Shown here piece after piece: positions 34,629 through 45,025 of a stretch of 63,852 nt of DNA. The position numbers and the translations under genes are program-made. Below the pieces are notes generated by a model. That model made no database searches and had not been told where the DNA came from. It saw only the letters and a program-made list of their open reading frames with translations. The number at the start of each line of letters is the position of its first letter. Positions within the stretch are counted from its first letter, which is position 1. Origin of the DNA: Gemmatimonadales bacterium (lineage in GTDB: Bacteria; Gemmatimonadota; Gemmatimonadetes; Gemmatimonadales; GWC2-71-9); assembly GCA_041615815.1 (NCBI GenBank), contig JBFJCP010000027.1:1-63852 (forward strand), written 5' to 3'.

Positions 34629-36371
34629 TCATGGTGGCGTTTCCGAACGTCGCTCCGTGAGACGAAGATCGCGGACGATCACTTCATCGGGCAAAAACTC
34701 CACTCTGATCCGCTCGCTGGTTCGCCTCTCGCTGACCGCGGTCACGAAGAGCGCGGCACCTTCCGGGAGCCCACAGACCCGATAAAGCCCGCGCGAGTCC
34801 GTCTCCGTCTCCACTCGCTGCGCGCCTTGGACTACCTGCACACGAAGACCGGGACGCCCCCGTACTCTCGCGGCCGAGAGCGCGTGGGATGTGTAGTGGA
34901 TGATGGTCACCGTTGCACCAGCCACCGCTGCCTGCGTGTCGGGATCGCGGACATAGCCGGTGAGGACAGCAGTGCCGAGGTCGGCGTTGCGATCGAGACA
35001 GAGGCGCTCGCGGATGGTCTCGAGCGACGGAGACGTAATGCGAACGCTGGACATGCGACCACGTTTGACGGACACCGCCTGTGTCAACGTGTCGCCGTGA
35101 AAGAGGGCAAACCATGGGTGTTCGACCTGCGCGAGGTATTGTCCCTCGGGGACGCCTCCGATCTGAAAGCGGCCGTACCGATCCGTGGTCGCCACGTGAG
35201 TGGTCCCGACGAGTCGTACCAATGCGTGTTCCAACGGGGTTCCCAGGACACCGTCCCGCACCTGTCCCACCACCGTTCCCTGGGAGAGGTCGAACACCGC
35301 CTTCCCGTCTCGGGTGCGAACCGTCGTGACTTCACCGCCGTCCTGCTTGTATCCCTGCACGACCGTCTGGCGATCGATGTTGATCGGGCCCACGCGCCGT
35401 TGTTCTTGCTGGACGATCAACGGCATCCGGATCCACCAGTGTTGCACGATCCAGGCTCCTGACGGAATCCGACGGAACTCGATGTACCCCCCGGGTCCGT
35501 ACCGCGCCGCCGGTCCGTCCAGGTTCGCGTATCGAAACTCGAGTGTGCGCAACTCGGCTGTGGCCGTGTCCAACCACAACACACCCTCGATGTCCGAAAC
35601 CTCGCGGTCGCGGGCTGGCTCGAATGCCAGTCCCACGAGTCCGTCGCGTTCGCTGCCGCGCCGCGGCCGGAAGCAATGCGTGTTCAGGAAATCGTCAGAC
35701 AGAAGAACATGTGCGTCGGGTGCGTAATACGTGCGGCTTCCGTCCTCCGCCCTGCTGACGAACCCTTCCGTGACGAGGCGCGATGGGGGAAGCGTGGTGA
35801 ACGGTCGATCCGTGTACATTGAGCGGTCACGGCTGGTTTCGTCGCGGATCTGCAGGTTGGGATCGAGCCGGCGCTCATAGCGGTTGATCACGAAACGGAA
35901 GAGGCGTCGCTGCTCCGCAAGAGACGTGACAGCGAGCGCCTTACGCGCTTCTTCCCAAAGGAGCGCCGCCGCCGCGCCCTCGCGGGGGCGAACCTCGCAG
36001 TCTTCTTCCCCCTCCACCAAGACGGGATCGAGTCGGACCGGAATTGCGGTAACCGAGACGTCCTGGGTACGCGTTTCGCCAGCCGCGAGCACGAACGGCT
36101 CGGAGGCCCAAGCACGGTACCCGATTCGCTCCACGCCCAGCACGTACCTACCGGCTGCGCGGGCCCGGATCACGAAGCGGCCTTCCTGGTCGGTGAGAGT
36201 CTGCGCCCGCCGATTGCCCTCCCCGTCGAGGAGCACCACGATGGCACCGTCGATGGGTATGCCAATGCGCTCATCCAGGAGACGGCCTTCGACCGTCTGT
36301 GCGCGTAGCACACTGGGCCCGACGGCCGTCGCGACCACGAGGAGAGCCCAAACGCGGGCGACGGTGCTCAA
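34629..36371 (-). CDS. secreted carboxypeptidase-regulatory-like domain protein
   Basis: Signal peptide and three copies of GxVxD...P...AxV...TDxxGxF/Y domains; TTG start. Confidence 0.75.
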   Translation of the reverse strand: MSTVARVWALLVVATAVGPSVLRAQTVEGRLLDERIGIPIDGAIVVLLDGEGNRRAQTLTDQEGRFVIRARAAGRYVLGVERIGYRAWASEPFVLAAGETRTQDVSVTAIPVRLDPVLVEGEEDCEVRPREGAAAALLWEEARKALAVTSLAEQRRLFRFVINRYERRLDPNLQIRDETSRDRSMYTDRPFTTLPPSRLVTEGFVSRAEDGSRTYYAPDAHVLLSDDFLNTHCFRPRRGSERDGLVGLAFEPARDREVSDIEGVLWLDTATAELRTLEFRYANLDGPAARYGPGGYIEFRRIPSGAWIVQHWWIRMPLIVQQEQRRVGPINIDRQTVVQGYKQDGGEVTTVRTRDGKAVFDLSQGTVVGQVRDGVLGTPLEHALVRLVGTTHVATTDRYGRFQIGGVPEGQYLAQVEHPWFALFHGDTLTQAVSVKRGRMSSVRITSPSLETIRERLCLDRNADLGTAVLTGYVRDPDTQAAVAGATVTIIHYTSHALSAARVRGRPGLRVQVVQGAQRVETETDSRGLYRVCGLPEGAALFVTAVSERRTSERIRVEFLPDEVIVRDLRLTERRSETPP

Positions 36372-36414
36372 TTCGTACCGCAGACGCTCTGATGGCGCCC
36401 CAATAGGTCGACGG

Positions 36415-37275
36415 TTAGGGCCGTTCGAAGCGCTCCTGGGGAATGTTGGGATTGATGGTCACGTCGGAAAGGACCAGCGCCTTCGTGCGTTTGCCGGACT
36501 CGGTGATCCAATCTCGGCGCGTGACGTAGGGATAAGCGATCTCACCAGCCCGCCGTGTTTCTCCCCAGAGGAGACGGTTGAGGCTGGTACGGCCCTCCTC
36601 CACATAGGTGACTTCCGTGGGGAAGCCCCGCCCCTCGGCGAAGTAGTAGGTGAATACGTCGTTATGCTCGCCCACCCCTTCACCGAACGAGACGCCGACC
36701 GCGTGGTAGAGCTCGTCAGGACTGCGTGAGGCGGACCGGTGCTGGACGAACTCCGCGCCCGGTCGAGGACGCTTGCCAAGGTAGGACAGATATACGCCAG
36801 GATCTCGCAGCTTGAACGGCAGCCCGAACCAGTAGAAGACATCACGGGAAACGTAGAGTGCCTCCCGGGTGTCCTTGGCGGTGTCCGGCAAGAGGGAGCC
36901 GGCGACGGCTGCCCACGCCCGGTCCCGCCCATTGAAGCCTTGTTGAATGATGTCGCCGGTTTCCCAGCGCTCGATGCGCGTTTCCTCTCCGTACGGCCCT
37001 TTGCGTATCCACACGTACCTTGGCCGCGTGCGTCTGATGCGGCCGCTGACGGTGTCGTAGAGAATGGTGGCGATCGTGAATGACGCCGATTGGAATTGGT
37101 GATACGTGTCCATCCCCCCCACCGAGTCGATCCACAGGCTGACGAGCGAATCCGCCATTGGATCCGCGAGCGTGTCGGGAGCCGGCTCCGCGGAAACGGC
37201 AAGACTCCCAGCAATGGCCCCCGCGACGATCCCGGCAGCGCTCCAACGGTGGGTCCGGAAGCCGAGCCCGGACAT
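36415..37275 (-). CDS. secreted hypothetical protein (DUF6503-like)
   Basis: Signal peptide; IDSVGG; FYWFGLPFKLRDPGVYLSYLG motif; SD AGGAG. Confidence 0.65.
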   Translation of the reverse strand: MSGLGFRTHRWSAAGIVAGAIAGSLAVSAEPAPDTLADPMADSLVSLWIDSVGGMDTYHQFQSASFTIATILYDTVSGRIRRTRPRYVWIRKGPYGEETRIERWETGDIIQQGFNGRDRAWAAVAGSLLPDTAKDTREALYVSRDVFYWFGLPFKLRDPGVYLSYLGKRPRPGAEFVQHRSASRSPDELYHAVGVSFGEGVGEHNDVFTYYFAEGRGFPTEVTYVEEGRTSLNRLLWGETRRAGEIAYPYVTRRDWITESGKRTKALVLSDVTINPNIPQERFERP

Positions 37276-37344
37276 TGACTTGCTCCTATTGAGGTCTTAA
37301 GAGGATATTAGGCGCACGATGCCGAAGCAGCAACGCTTGCCGCG

Positions 37345-38469
37345 ATGAAACGCTTCCCCGCGTACGATCCGCCCGAGTATGTCGATTGGCGCCCCATCCC
37401 CGCCCTTGTCGAAGAATACGCCGCGACCGTCCAAAAGGATCCCGTACGCCGCGCGATCGTGGATCAATTGGATGGTGATGCCAAACTGGCGCTCTATGCC
37501 GGCATGGTGCGAGCAAGGCTTCACGATGTCATGCTGAAGCGTTGGGTCCGCCAAGGGGTGATATCCAAAGCGTGGCTAGGCACGGGAGAGGAAGCGTGCA
37601 CGATTGGGCCAGTGCACGCCCTCAAACGCGACCTCGACGTGGTCGCTCCCATGATCCGTAATGCCGGTGCCTGCTGTGAGATGGGAATGTCGGTGACCGA
37701 TATGCTTCGGGGCTACCTCGGGACGTCGGATTCACCTTCGCGAGGTCGCGATGGGCACGTGGGCAGCTTCCCACACCGCGTGTTGCAGCCAATCTCCAAC
37801 ATTGGGAATATGCCGCCCGTCGCCCTCGGCATTGCGCTTGCCTTTCGGATGCGCGGAGACGATGGCGTCGCGCTTACCTGGGTCGGGGACGGTTCGGTCA
37901 AATCCGGGCCCACGCACGAGGCATTCAACTACGCGGCGGTACAACAACTGCCCGTGATCTTCATCATCCAAAACAACCAGGTGGCGCTCGGAACGCTGGT
38001 CGCCCAACACCACCTCGCCGACGATTTCGGCAAGATGCACGAGGCGTATGGATGCGCTGGGGGATCCTTTGACGGCAACAACGTGCTGGACGCCTATGCC
38101 GCAACGCGTTTGGCTGCGGACCGCTGCCGAGCCGGCGAGGGTCCGGTGATCCTGGCCGCCGAGACCTTCCGCATGGGAGGGCATGCCACGCACGACGAGC
38201 GCGAGGCGCGAGTCGTCATACCGGCCGAAACGTACGAATACTGGGGAACACGAGATCCCATCGGTCTCTTCGAGGAGTATGTGAAGTGTGAGGGGGTGAC
38301 GGCTGAGGACTTGAGTCGCGTCGAAGGAGACGTGGCGGCAGAAGTCGACCGCGCCGCCGAAGAGGCGCTAGCCAGTCGGCACGAAAAGATGCCGAGGCCG
38401 GAAACGGCCATCGACGACGTCTACGCGGATCCCATACGTCAAACGTGGGCACGACGCTGGCAGACGTAG
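37345..38469 (+). CDS. TPP-dependent 2-oxoacid dehydrogenase E1 alpha subunit
   Basis: GEEA, TPP motif GDG...QNN, FDGNNV, TFRMGGHATHD, RDPI. Confidence 0.85.
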   Translation: MKRFPAYDPPEYVDWRPIPALVEEYAATVQKDPVRRAIVDQLDGDAKLALYAGMVRARLHDVMLKRWVRQGVISKAWLGTGEEACTIGPVHALKRDLDVVAPMIRNAGACCEMGMSVTDMLRGYLGTSDSPSRGRDGHVGSFPHRVLQPISNIGNMPPVALGIALAFRMRGDDGVALTWVGDGSVKSGPTHEAFNYAAVQQLPVIFIIQNNQVALGTLVAQHHLADDFGKMHEAYGCAGGSFDGNNVLDAYAATRLAADRCRAGEGPVILAAETFRMGGHATHDEREARVVIPAETYEYWGTRDPIGLFEEYVKCEGVTAEDLSRVEGDVAAEVDRAAEEALASRHEKMPRPETAIDDVYADPIRQTWARRWQT

Positions 38470-38540
38470 GCGAGGCTGCACTTCCCCTCTCGTTCTCCCT
38501 CCGTCAGCCCCGCCGCCTCGCTCCTTACGGCCTCACCCTC

Positions 38541-39893
38541 CTAGTTCCCGACCCCGAAGAGCGTCATCACGGCTTCCCAGGTGGGGGGAATCAGGAAGAA
38601 CAACACGACGACCAGCACCGCCGGGGCAACGTAGCGTACGAAGAATCTCCATGCGTTGCGGGCCACCGGATTGTCGAGCCCCTTCGCGAGCTCCGCGTCG
38701 GCCTGCGGCAGGATCTTGTAACCTACGAGCAGTGCCGTGAAGAACCCGCCCACGATTAGCAGGAAATTCCCAACGAACTGGTCCGCGGCGCCCAGGAAAT
38801 TGAGACTGAACGCGGACGGGATGCCCAGAAGGGCCACCAGGATGCCCAGGACCAACGCGGCCCGCGGCCGCGCCCATCCCCACACATCCACGGCCGCAGC
38901 TACAACCACCTCCAAGAGGGAGATCGCCGATGTGAGCGCGGCGAAGAACAACATGATGAAGAACGCCGTATCGATGAGATCCCCCGCCCGTCCCAGCTCT
39001 TCGAACCCCGCCGGGAGGGTGATGAAGAGGGCACCGAGCGCGCTCTCGCCAACCCGGTCCAGGAGTCCAAAACTGAAGATCACCGGGAAGACCACGAGCC
39101 CCACGACGAATGCGACGCCAAAGTCCGTCAGCGCCACCGTCGCTGCCTCCCGCCCGAGGTTCTCCTTGGATGAGAGGTACGACGCGTAGGTCATAAGTGC
39201 TCCCATACCGAGGCTCAGGGAGAAGAACGCCTGGCCGGCTGCGTCGGTGATGATCGCGGTGTCGAGCAGCTCGCCCAAACTCGGCCGGAGATAGTACGCG
39301 TACGCCTCCGCAGCTCCGTCGAGTGTCACCGCCCAGATGGCCAGACCCACCAAGATCATGAAGAGGAGCGGCATCAGGATGAGCGCGGCTCGCTCCAGAC
39401 CCCTTTTGACGCCCCGCATCACGATGAAGATCGTAGCGGCCATGAATAGCAGGTGGGCCGCGAGGGCATCGAATCCCACCGACACCGCCCCGAAGTACGC
39501 GCCGGTGTCACTCGGGATAGCGTTGCGCACGGCGTCCACCGCGTAGCGCATGGTCCACCCGGCAATGACCGAGTAGTACGACAGGATCCCGAACCCGCAG
39601 AACACGAACAGCAGCCCCAGCGGTCCCCACGCGGGGCCTCCTAAACGCCGAACGGCGCGAGCGGGCGACTCCTGGGTCAAGCGCCCCACCACAAATTCGG
39701 AGGTCATCAGGGGAATGCCGACGATCGCGACGAACACCAAGTAGAGCAGGACGAATGGGGCGCCCCCGCCCTGCGAGGCCATGTACGAAAACCGCCACAT
39801 GTTGCCCAGGCCGACCGCCGATCCCACAGCGGCGAGGATGAAGCCGACTCGAGTCGCCCAGGCATCCCGGGGTTGCGTCGCGCCTGCCGCCAT
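38541..39893 (-). CDS. sodium-dependent transporter (NSS/SNF family)
   Basis: GSAVGLGNMWRF, GQAFFSLSLGMG, FFAALTSAISLLE. Confidence 0.93.
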   Translation of the reverse strand: MAAGATQPRDAWATRVGFILAAVGSAVGLGNMWRFSYMASQGGGAPFVLLYLVFVAIVGIPLMTSEFVVGRLTQESPARAVRRLGGPAWGPLGLLFVFCGFGILSYYSVIAGWTMRYAVDAVRNAIPSDTGAYFGAVSVGFDALAAHLLFMAATIFIVMRGVKRGLERAALILMPLLFMILVGLAIWAVTLDGAAEAYAYYLRPSLGELLDTAIITDAAGQAFFSLSLGMGALMTYASYLSSKENLGREAATVALTDFGVAFVVGLVVFPVIFSFGLLDRVGESALGALFITLPAGFEELGRAGDLIDTAFFIMLFFAALTSAISLLEVVVAAAVDVWGWARPRAALVLGILVALLGIPSAFSLNFLGAADQFVGNFLLIVGGFFTALLVGYKILPQADAELAKGLDNPVARNAWRFFVRYVAPAVLVVVLFFLIPPTWEAVMTLFGVGN

Positions 39894-40110
39894 CCCGAAC
39901 TCCTCGGTGAAAGGTGGGTCTAGTTAACGTCTTTCCCGATAGTTGTCTAGCGCCCCCGCCACCCATCTAACCCCCGCCTCGAGATGGTGACCGTGCCTGG
40001 GACGTCCTCCTGCCAGGGCCCTAGGCCCGGGCCATGCAGGCCATTCCAGCGACGGCATGGACCACCTATCTTTCTCGCCCGCCCACAGGGCTTGTTGACG
40101 GAGTAAGTGC

Positions 40111-41262
40111 ATGAAAATGCTTGTCTTAGGGGCCGGTCTACAGGGCTCGGCCTGTGCGTTCGACCTCCTCGAGCGCTCGCAGGCCGCGGTGACCGTGGCG
40201 GATTGCCGGTTTGAGCACGCCCCGGGATTCCTGAAAGCTCGGGAGGGCAAGCGGCTCCGGTTCCATCGCCTCGACGTTCGGGATGAAGCCTCGGTCCTCG
40301 GCGTCATGCGAGAGCATGACGCCGTGATGAGTGCCATTCCCTACTACTTCAACTACCCTATGGCTCGCCTCGCGGTAGATGCCGGCGTGCATTTCACGGA
40401 TTTGGGGGGCAACACTGAGATCGTCCAGCAGCAGGAATCCCTTCACGAAGCGGCGCGTGCGAAAGGTCTGTCCATCATGCCCGATTGCGGTCTCGCGCCG
40501 GGAATGGCCAACATCCTCGCGGCTGAGGGGATTCGCCGGCTCGACAGGGTGGACAGCGTCAAGCTCTATGTTGGGGGCCTTCCCCAGCATCCCAAGCCAC
40601 CGCTCGAATATCAGGTGGTGTACTCGCTGGAGGGCGTGCTCGACTATTACACGACGCCATCGTGGATCCTGCGTGATGGATCTCCGGCACAGGTAGAAGC
40701 ACTGTCGGAGGTCGAGACGGTTGATTTTCCCGAGCCGCTGGGCAGACTCGAGGCGTTTCACACGGGCGGTGGCGTGTCCACGATGCCGTGGCATTTCGCC
40801 GGGCGCGTTCGGTCCATGGAGTACAAGACATTGCGTTACCCGGGTCATGCCCATCTCATGTGGGCCATGCGCGAACTCGGGCTGTTCAGCGTGGATCCGG
40901 TCCGCGTGAAGGGCACGAAAGTGTCGCCCCGTGATGCCTTCATCGCCGTGGTCGATCCGAAGCTGCGAGATCCGGGGGCCGAGGATTTGGTGGCGCTCAT
41001 GGTGACGGTTCGGGGAAACCGTGCCGGGAACCCGGCCGCGGTGACCTTCCGTTTAGTTGATCGCTACGATGCCGGAAATCGAATCAGTGCCATGATGCGA
41101 ACGACAGGATTCTCGCTCTCCCTCGCGTCTCAAATGCAGGTCGATGGTCGCGTGACCGAGCTCGGGGTGCATCCGGCCTATCGTGCGGTTCCCTTCGATG
41201 CGTACGTAGCCGGACTCGGCGAGCGGGGCATAGCGATCGAAGAGGTCGGCGCGGGCTCGTGA
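40111..41262 (+). CDS. saccharopine dehydrogenase family protein (lysine 6-dehydrogenase-like)
   Basis: LGAGLQG, DLGGN, DCGLAPG, YVGGLPQHP, LEAFHTGGG, YKTLRYPGH, SAMMRTTG. Confidence 0.85.
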   Translation: MKMLVLGAGLQGSACAFDLLERSQAAVTVADCRFEHAPGFLKAREGKRLRFHRLDVRDEASVLGVMREHDAVMSAIPYYFNYPMARLAVDAGVHFTDLGGNTEIVQQQESLHEAARAKGLSIMPDCGLAPGMANILAAEGIRRLDRVDSVKLYVGGLPQHPKPPLEYQVVYSLEGVLDYYTTPSWILRDGSPAQVEALSEVETVDFPEPLGRLEAFHTGGGVSTMPWHFAGRVRSMEYKTLRYPGHAHLMWAMRELGLFSVDPVRVKGTKVSPRDAFIAVVDPKLRDPGAEDLVALMVTVRGNRAGNPAAVTFRLVDRYDAGNRISAMMRTTGFSLSLASQMQVDGRVTELGVHPAYRAVPFDAYVAGLGERGIAIEEVGAGS

Positions 41263-41792
41263 CGACGCTCGAAAGCCTGGATTTTCGAGCCGTCTGGGAC
41301 GTAGCGATCCCGTACACCCGGTTCGTCGAGGAGTCAGAGAAGAATCGGGGACTTTGGGAGGGAATCTACCGGACGGCGAACGTCCCGGAATGGGCCCTGC
41401 AGTTGGCGTGCGATCGGGCGAGCACCGCGCGGCTCTTGGTGATCGTAGAGGATTGGTGTGGCGACGCCAGCAACACCGTGCCGATCTTGGCACGGTTGGG
41501 TGATGAAGCCCACTGCCTCGAGATGCGTCTCATTCGACGCGACGAGCACCCGGAGATCATGGACCGCTACCTCACCAACGGGAGCCGATCGATTCCGATC
41601 GTCATCGTGCTGAACGAGGAGTTTCAGGAACTGGGGTCCTGGGGACCCCGCCCCTCGGAGCTGCAGGAGTGGGTCATGGCCAACAAGAGGCGTTTGCCGA
41701 AGAACGAACTGTACCCGCAGGTCCGTCGCTGGTATGCGAAGGATCGAGGCGCGACGACCCTGCGGGAGGTGCTGGCACTGCTGGACCGGTAG
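41259..41792 (+). CDS. thioredoxin family protein (WCGD type)
   Basis: EDWCGDA, YLTNGSRSIP, WGPRP; GTGA overlap. Confidence 0.85.
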   Translation: MTTLESLDFRAVWDVAIPYTRFVEESEKNRGLWEGIYRTANVPEWALQLACDRASTARLLVIVEDWCGDASNTVPILARLGDEAHCLEMRLIRRDEHPEIMDRYLTNGSRSIPIVIVLNEEFQELGSWGPRPSELQEWVMANKRRLPKNELYPQVRRWYAKDRGATTLREVLALLDR

Positions 41793-41917
41793 GTCACACC
41801 CGCCGTCCTCGGGGTCCCGAGGTCGGCGCGCGGAGTGCTTTCGTCGGCGTCCTCTTCCTGCTCTCTACCCTCCGGCTTCTACCCTCGCCTCTCCACCGTC
41901 TGCCCGCTGCCTCTTGC

Positions 41918-43105
41918 TCAATAAGTCCACCGAGAGAGAAACTGCGAAACGAACCCATCGGGACCAACTCCCCACGTCCCGCCGAGGATCCCGGCTCGGC
42001 CTATCCGTAGGATCAACCCGGCTCCTCCGCCCACCTTCAGATCCGCCGTAGTGAGTTCAAGTTCACCCAGCTCGAAGACCCTCCCGGTGTCCAGGAACCC
42101 GAGCACGGTAATGGTTGCCAGCGTCGGGATGGCGAACGCATCCACCCGGATGTCGAGGTTGGTCAGCAGCTTGTCCGGGCCGAGCAGCCGCCGGTCCAGG
42201 AGCCCGCGATGCGAACCGGCCCCGCCCAATCCGAAGGATGGATGTTCAGCCGCCTCGATTTGGTACAGGTTGCCCAGACGTGGTGTGCCACGCATCGTCT
42301 GCGCGAGGATTCGCGCGGCGACCACGACACGGCTGCCGGCCGGCAGGTACCCCGCCGCTGACACCGTGGTCCGCTTGTAGCTCACGCTCCCAGCTACATC
42401 CGCGTCGGCAGCGGCGTAGATCACTTCCAGGAGTGCTCCCTTTCGCGGTGCCACCTCATCGTCGCGGGCGTCCACCACCAGTCCCACCCGCACGGACGCG
42501 TCGAAAACGTCGTTCGCGATCGTCGGGTCTGCGCCGGCCGCGGCATCTTGGGCGAGGAGCGTTGGACCGGACAACGTGTCGACGCGCCAACCCTCGAGAT
42601 GGAACCCACCCAGGATTCGTACCGGTCCCACGATCCGTCGTTGGATCTCCCCTCGGAAGTACACCCGTCGGTTGTCGGACCGGAAGAAATGGTCCCGTCC
42701 TTGTTTGAGGCTGTCGACGTCGCCAGGGGTGTCGTTTCCGAGACCGAAGTAGTTTTCTCGCGCACGCCGCTGTGCTGCAACGGTGGCGATGAACCGCCAC
42801 CCGTCGACGAGCTGAGGGAACCACGCCTCCAACGCTAGCCGCCGGCTTCCGGAGGTCGAGATCTGGCCGTCCAGGGATACGGACGCGCGAAACGGCGGGG
42901 GCGATTCCCAGTCGGCGTACCCAAAAGGCCGAACCTGGGCGTAGTAGAGACCGACCGTCAGTCCCTCACGAGGTCCCCAGAACAGCTTCGGGTACGAGAA
43001 GTCTTGCCAGTTGGGCCCGAACGTGGGCAGGTCGGGCAGCTGCGCTGCTGCCCGACCGCTCATGAGAGTGGACGTCAGGACGACCCAGCCGGCGAGGCGT
43101 CTCAC
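41918..43105 (-). CDS. Omp85/BamA-TamA-family outer-membrane beta-barrel (no POTRA domains)
   Basis: Signal peptide, NYFGLGN, DARDDEVAPRKG, LGGAGSHRG, FLDTGRVF, C-terminal WTY. Confidence 0.75.
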   Translation of the reverse strand: MRRLAGWVVLTSTLMSGRAAAQLPDLPTFGPNWQDFSYPKLFWGPREGLTVGLYYAQVRPFGYADWESPPPFRASVSLDGQISTSGSRRLALEAWFPQLVDGWRFIATVAAQRRARENYFGLGNDTPGDVDSLKQGRDHFFRSDNRRVYFRGEIQRRIVGPVRILGGFHLEGWRVDTLSGPTLLAQDAAAGADPTIANDVFDASVRVGLVVDARDDEVAPRKGALLEVIYAAADADVAGSVSYKRTTVSAAGYLPAGSRVVVAARILAQTMRGTPRLGNLYQIEAAEHPSFGLGGAGSHRGLLDRRLLGPDKLLTNLDIRVDAFAIPTLATITVLGFLDTGRVFELGELELTTADLKVGGGAGLILRIGRAGILGGTWGVGPDGFVSQFLSRWTY

Positions 43106-44130
43106 CCGCGGTCCTGCCGTTCGAAGAGGTACGCCGTATCGCGAATGGCCGCCTCCGACCCATCGAATGCGCTATAGCGGCTGGGATAAAAGCTAGCGGC
43201 GCCGAAAGCACCGGCCTTGTTCACGGCGTAGAAGCTCAGGTTGAATCGTGGCCTGCCTTGCTCACTTAAGAGACGCGGCTCTGTTTGGGTTACGACCCGC
43301 TTTAAGGTTTCGCGAGCGGCATCGGTGGGCTTCAATCCTCGGCGCATGAACTCGACGGTGAGGAAGGCGCCGCAGACCTTGATATTGGCCTCCCCGCGGC
43401 CCGTGGAGCCGGCGGCACCAACTTCGTTATCGGTATACTGTCCCGCTCCGAGCAACGGTGAGTCACCCACTCGGCCAGGGATCTTCCATGCGAGTCCGCT
43501 CGTGGTCGTCACCGAGCTGACATCCCCGGCGGCGTTCACTGCGTTGAGGTTGATGGTGCCCGTAGGTCGAGCCACCATCTCGTGATCTTCCGGAACATCG
43601 AGCCAATCGTCCTCGTGTCCTCGGTTCGCGCGCCATGTGAGCCATGCCTCGCGTGCCCGGTCGGTGAGGAGGTCTTCCTCTTTGAATCCATAAGACAGGG
43701 CAAAGCGCTTGGCACCCTCCCCCACGAGGAGGATGTGATCGGTATAGAGTAGCACGTACTTGGCAACGAGGCTCGGTGTCTTGATGCCTTCGAGCGCTGC
43801 CACGGCCCCGGCGCGCCGCGTGGGGCCATGCATGCACGACGCATCGAGCTGAACCACTCCATGTTCGTTGGGAAGACCCCCGTAGCCCACGGACGTGTCG
43901 TCGGGATCCAGTTCCTGGATCTTCACGCCCTCGATGGCGGCGTCGAGGGTATCCGCGCCTTGTGCCATGAGCTGTCCCGCCCGCTCCACGGCGCGCAGCC
44001 CATTGCCGGACGCCACGGCGATGTTACGGTCGGACCGTTGCTTGCGAAACGCCGTACTCGGAACGTAGGCCGTGGCGGCCACGGCGGCGGCGCCTTTGAC
44101 GAAATCGCGGCGGGGGAATGGGATGGTCAC
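43102..44130 (-). CDS. N4-(beta-N-acetylglucosaminyl)-L-asparaginase family Ntn hydrolase with Tat signal
   Basis: RRDFVK Tat motif, SVGYGGLPN, LDASCM, GTIN, TTTSGLAWKIPGRVGDSP, STGRGE. Confidence 0.88.
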   Translation of the reverse strand: MTIPFPRRDFVKGAAAVAATAYVPSTAFRKQRSDRNIAVASGNGLRAVERAGQLMAQGADTLDAAIEGVKIQELDPDDTSVGYGGLPNEHGVVQLDASCMHGPTRRAGAVAALEGIKTPSLVAKYVLLYTDHILLVGEGAKRFALSYGFKEEDLLTDRAREAWLTWRANRGHEDDWLDVPEDHEMVARPTGTINLNAVNAAGDVSSVTTTSGLAWKIPGRVGDSPLLGAGQYTDNEVGAAGSTGRGEANIKVCGAFLTVEFMRRGLKPTDAARETLKRVVTQTEPRLLSEQGRPRFNLSFYAVNKAGAFGAASFYPSRYSAFDGSEAAIRDTAYLFERQDRG

Positions 44131-44290
44131 GGATGGCTCCTGGGGAAGAGGGTTCTCCACAGGCGAATTAACGATTTGTCCCGACCTGGTGTCAACTTGA
44201 TTCGGGACCGAGCAGGCCATACGTTCCGACGCCCTAGCCCCCGGAGGACTGTCCGGCGCCTCCACGGGGTGGTCTCCTCGAGGGCGAATC

Positions 44291-45025
44291 ATGGATCGGC
44301 CCCAGATTTCCATCGTGTTGCCAGTGTACAACGAGCGCGAGAATCTCGAGCCGCTGCTCAGCGAGATTAGCACGGTGCTCGGGACGGTGCCACACGAGGT
44401 CGTGGCAGTGGACGACGGTTCGACAGATGGTTCGCGTACCGAGCTCCAGCGCCTCGAATCCGCTTACCCGACGTTGCGTATCGTCTCGTTGAACCGTAAT
44501 TGCGGTCAGAGTGCTGCGTTGATGGCGGGGTTCGAATCATCCCGTGGTGACGTCATCGTCACCATGGACGCGGACGGTCAGAACGATCCCGCCGATGTCC
44601 CGCGCCTCCTCGACATCCTCGATCGCGGCGATGGCTGTGACGCCGTCGTTGGGTATCGGATCCACCGGGCCGATTCATGGTGGAAGCGCATGCAGAGTCG
44701 CGTTGCCAACGCGGCCCGCGACGCGATCACCGGTGACCGAGTCCAGGATACCGGATGTTCTCTCAAGGCCATACGGCGCCCGGTTGTACAGACGCTGCCG
44801 CGGTTCGACGGCATGCATAGGTTTCTCCCGACGTTGATTCGTATTGGCGGTGGCTCGGTGACCGAAGTGCCGGTGGCCCACCGGCCTCGACGATATGGGG
44901 TCAGCAAGTACGGGATGTGGGATCGAGCGACTCGCGGACTCGTCGATGCCATGGCCGTTCGGTGGCTGCGGCGCCGACGCATCACGATCGCCAGACCCAA
45001 CGGAGCGGACCATGGCGCGCCGTAG
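44291..45025 (+). CDS. glycosyltransferase family 2 (polyprenol-phosphate glycosyltransferase-like)
   Basis: PVYNE, VDDGSTD, NCGQSAA, MDADGQND, DTGCSLK, MHRFLP. Confidence 0.9.
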   Translation: MDRPQISIVLPVYNERENLEPLLSEISTVLGTVPHEVVAVDDGSTDGSRTELQRLESAYPTLRIVSLNRNCGQSAALMAGFESSRGDVIVTMDADGQNDPADVPRLLDILDRGDGCDAVVGYRIHRADSWWKRMQSRVANAARDAITGDRVQDTGCSLKAIRRPVVQTLPRFDGMHRFLPTLIRIGGGSVTEVPVAHRPRRYGVSKYGMWDRATRGLVDAMAVRWLRRRRITIARPNGADHGAP

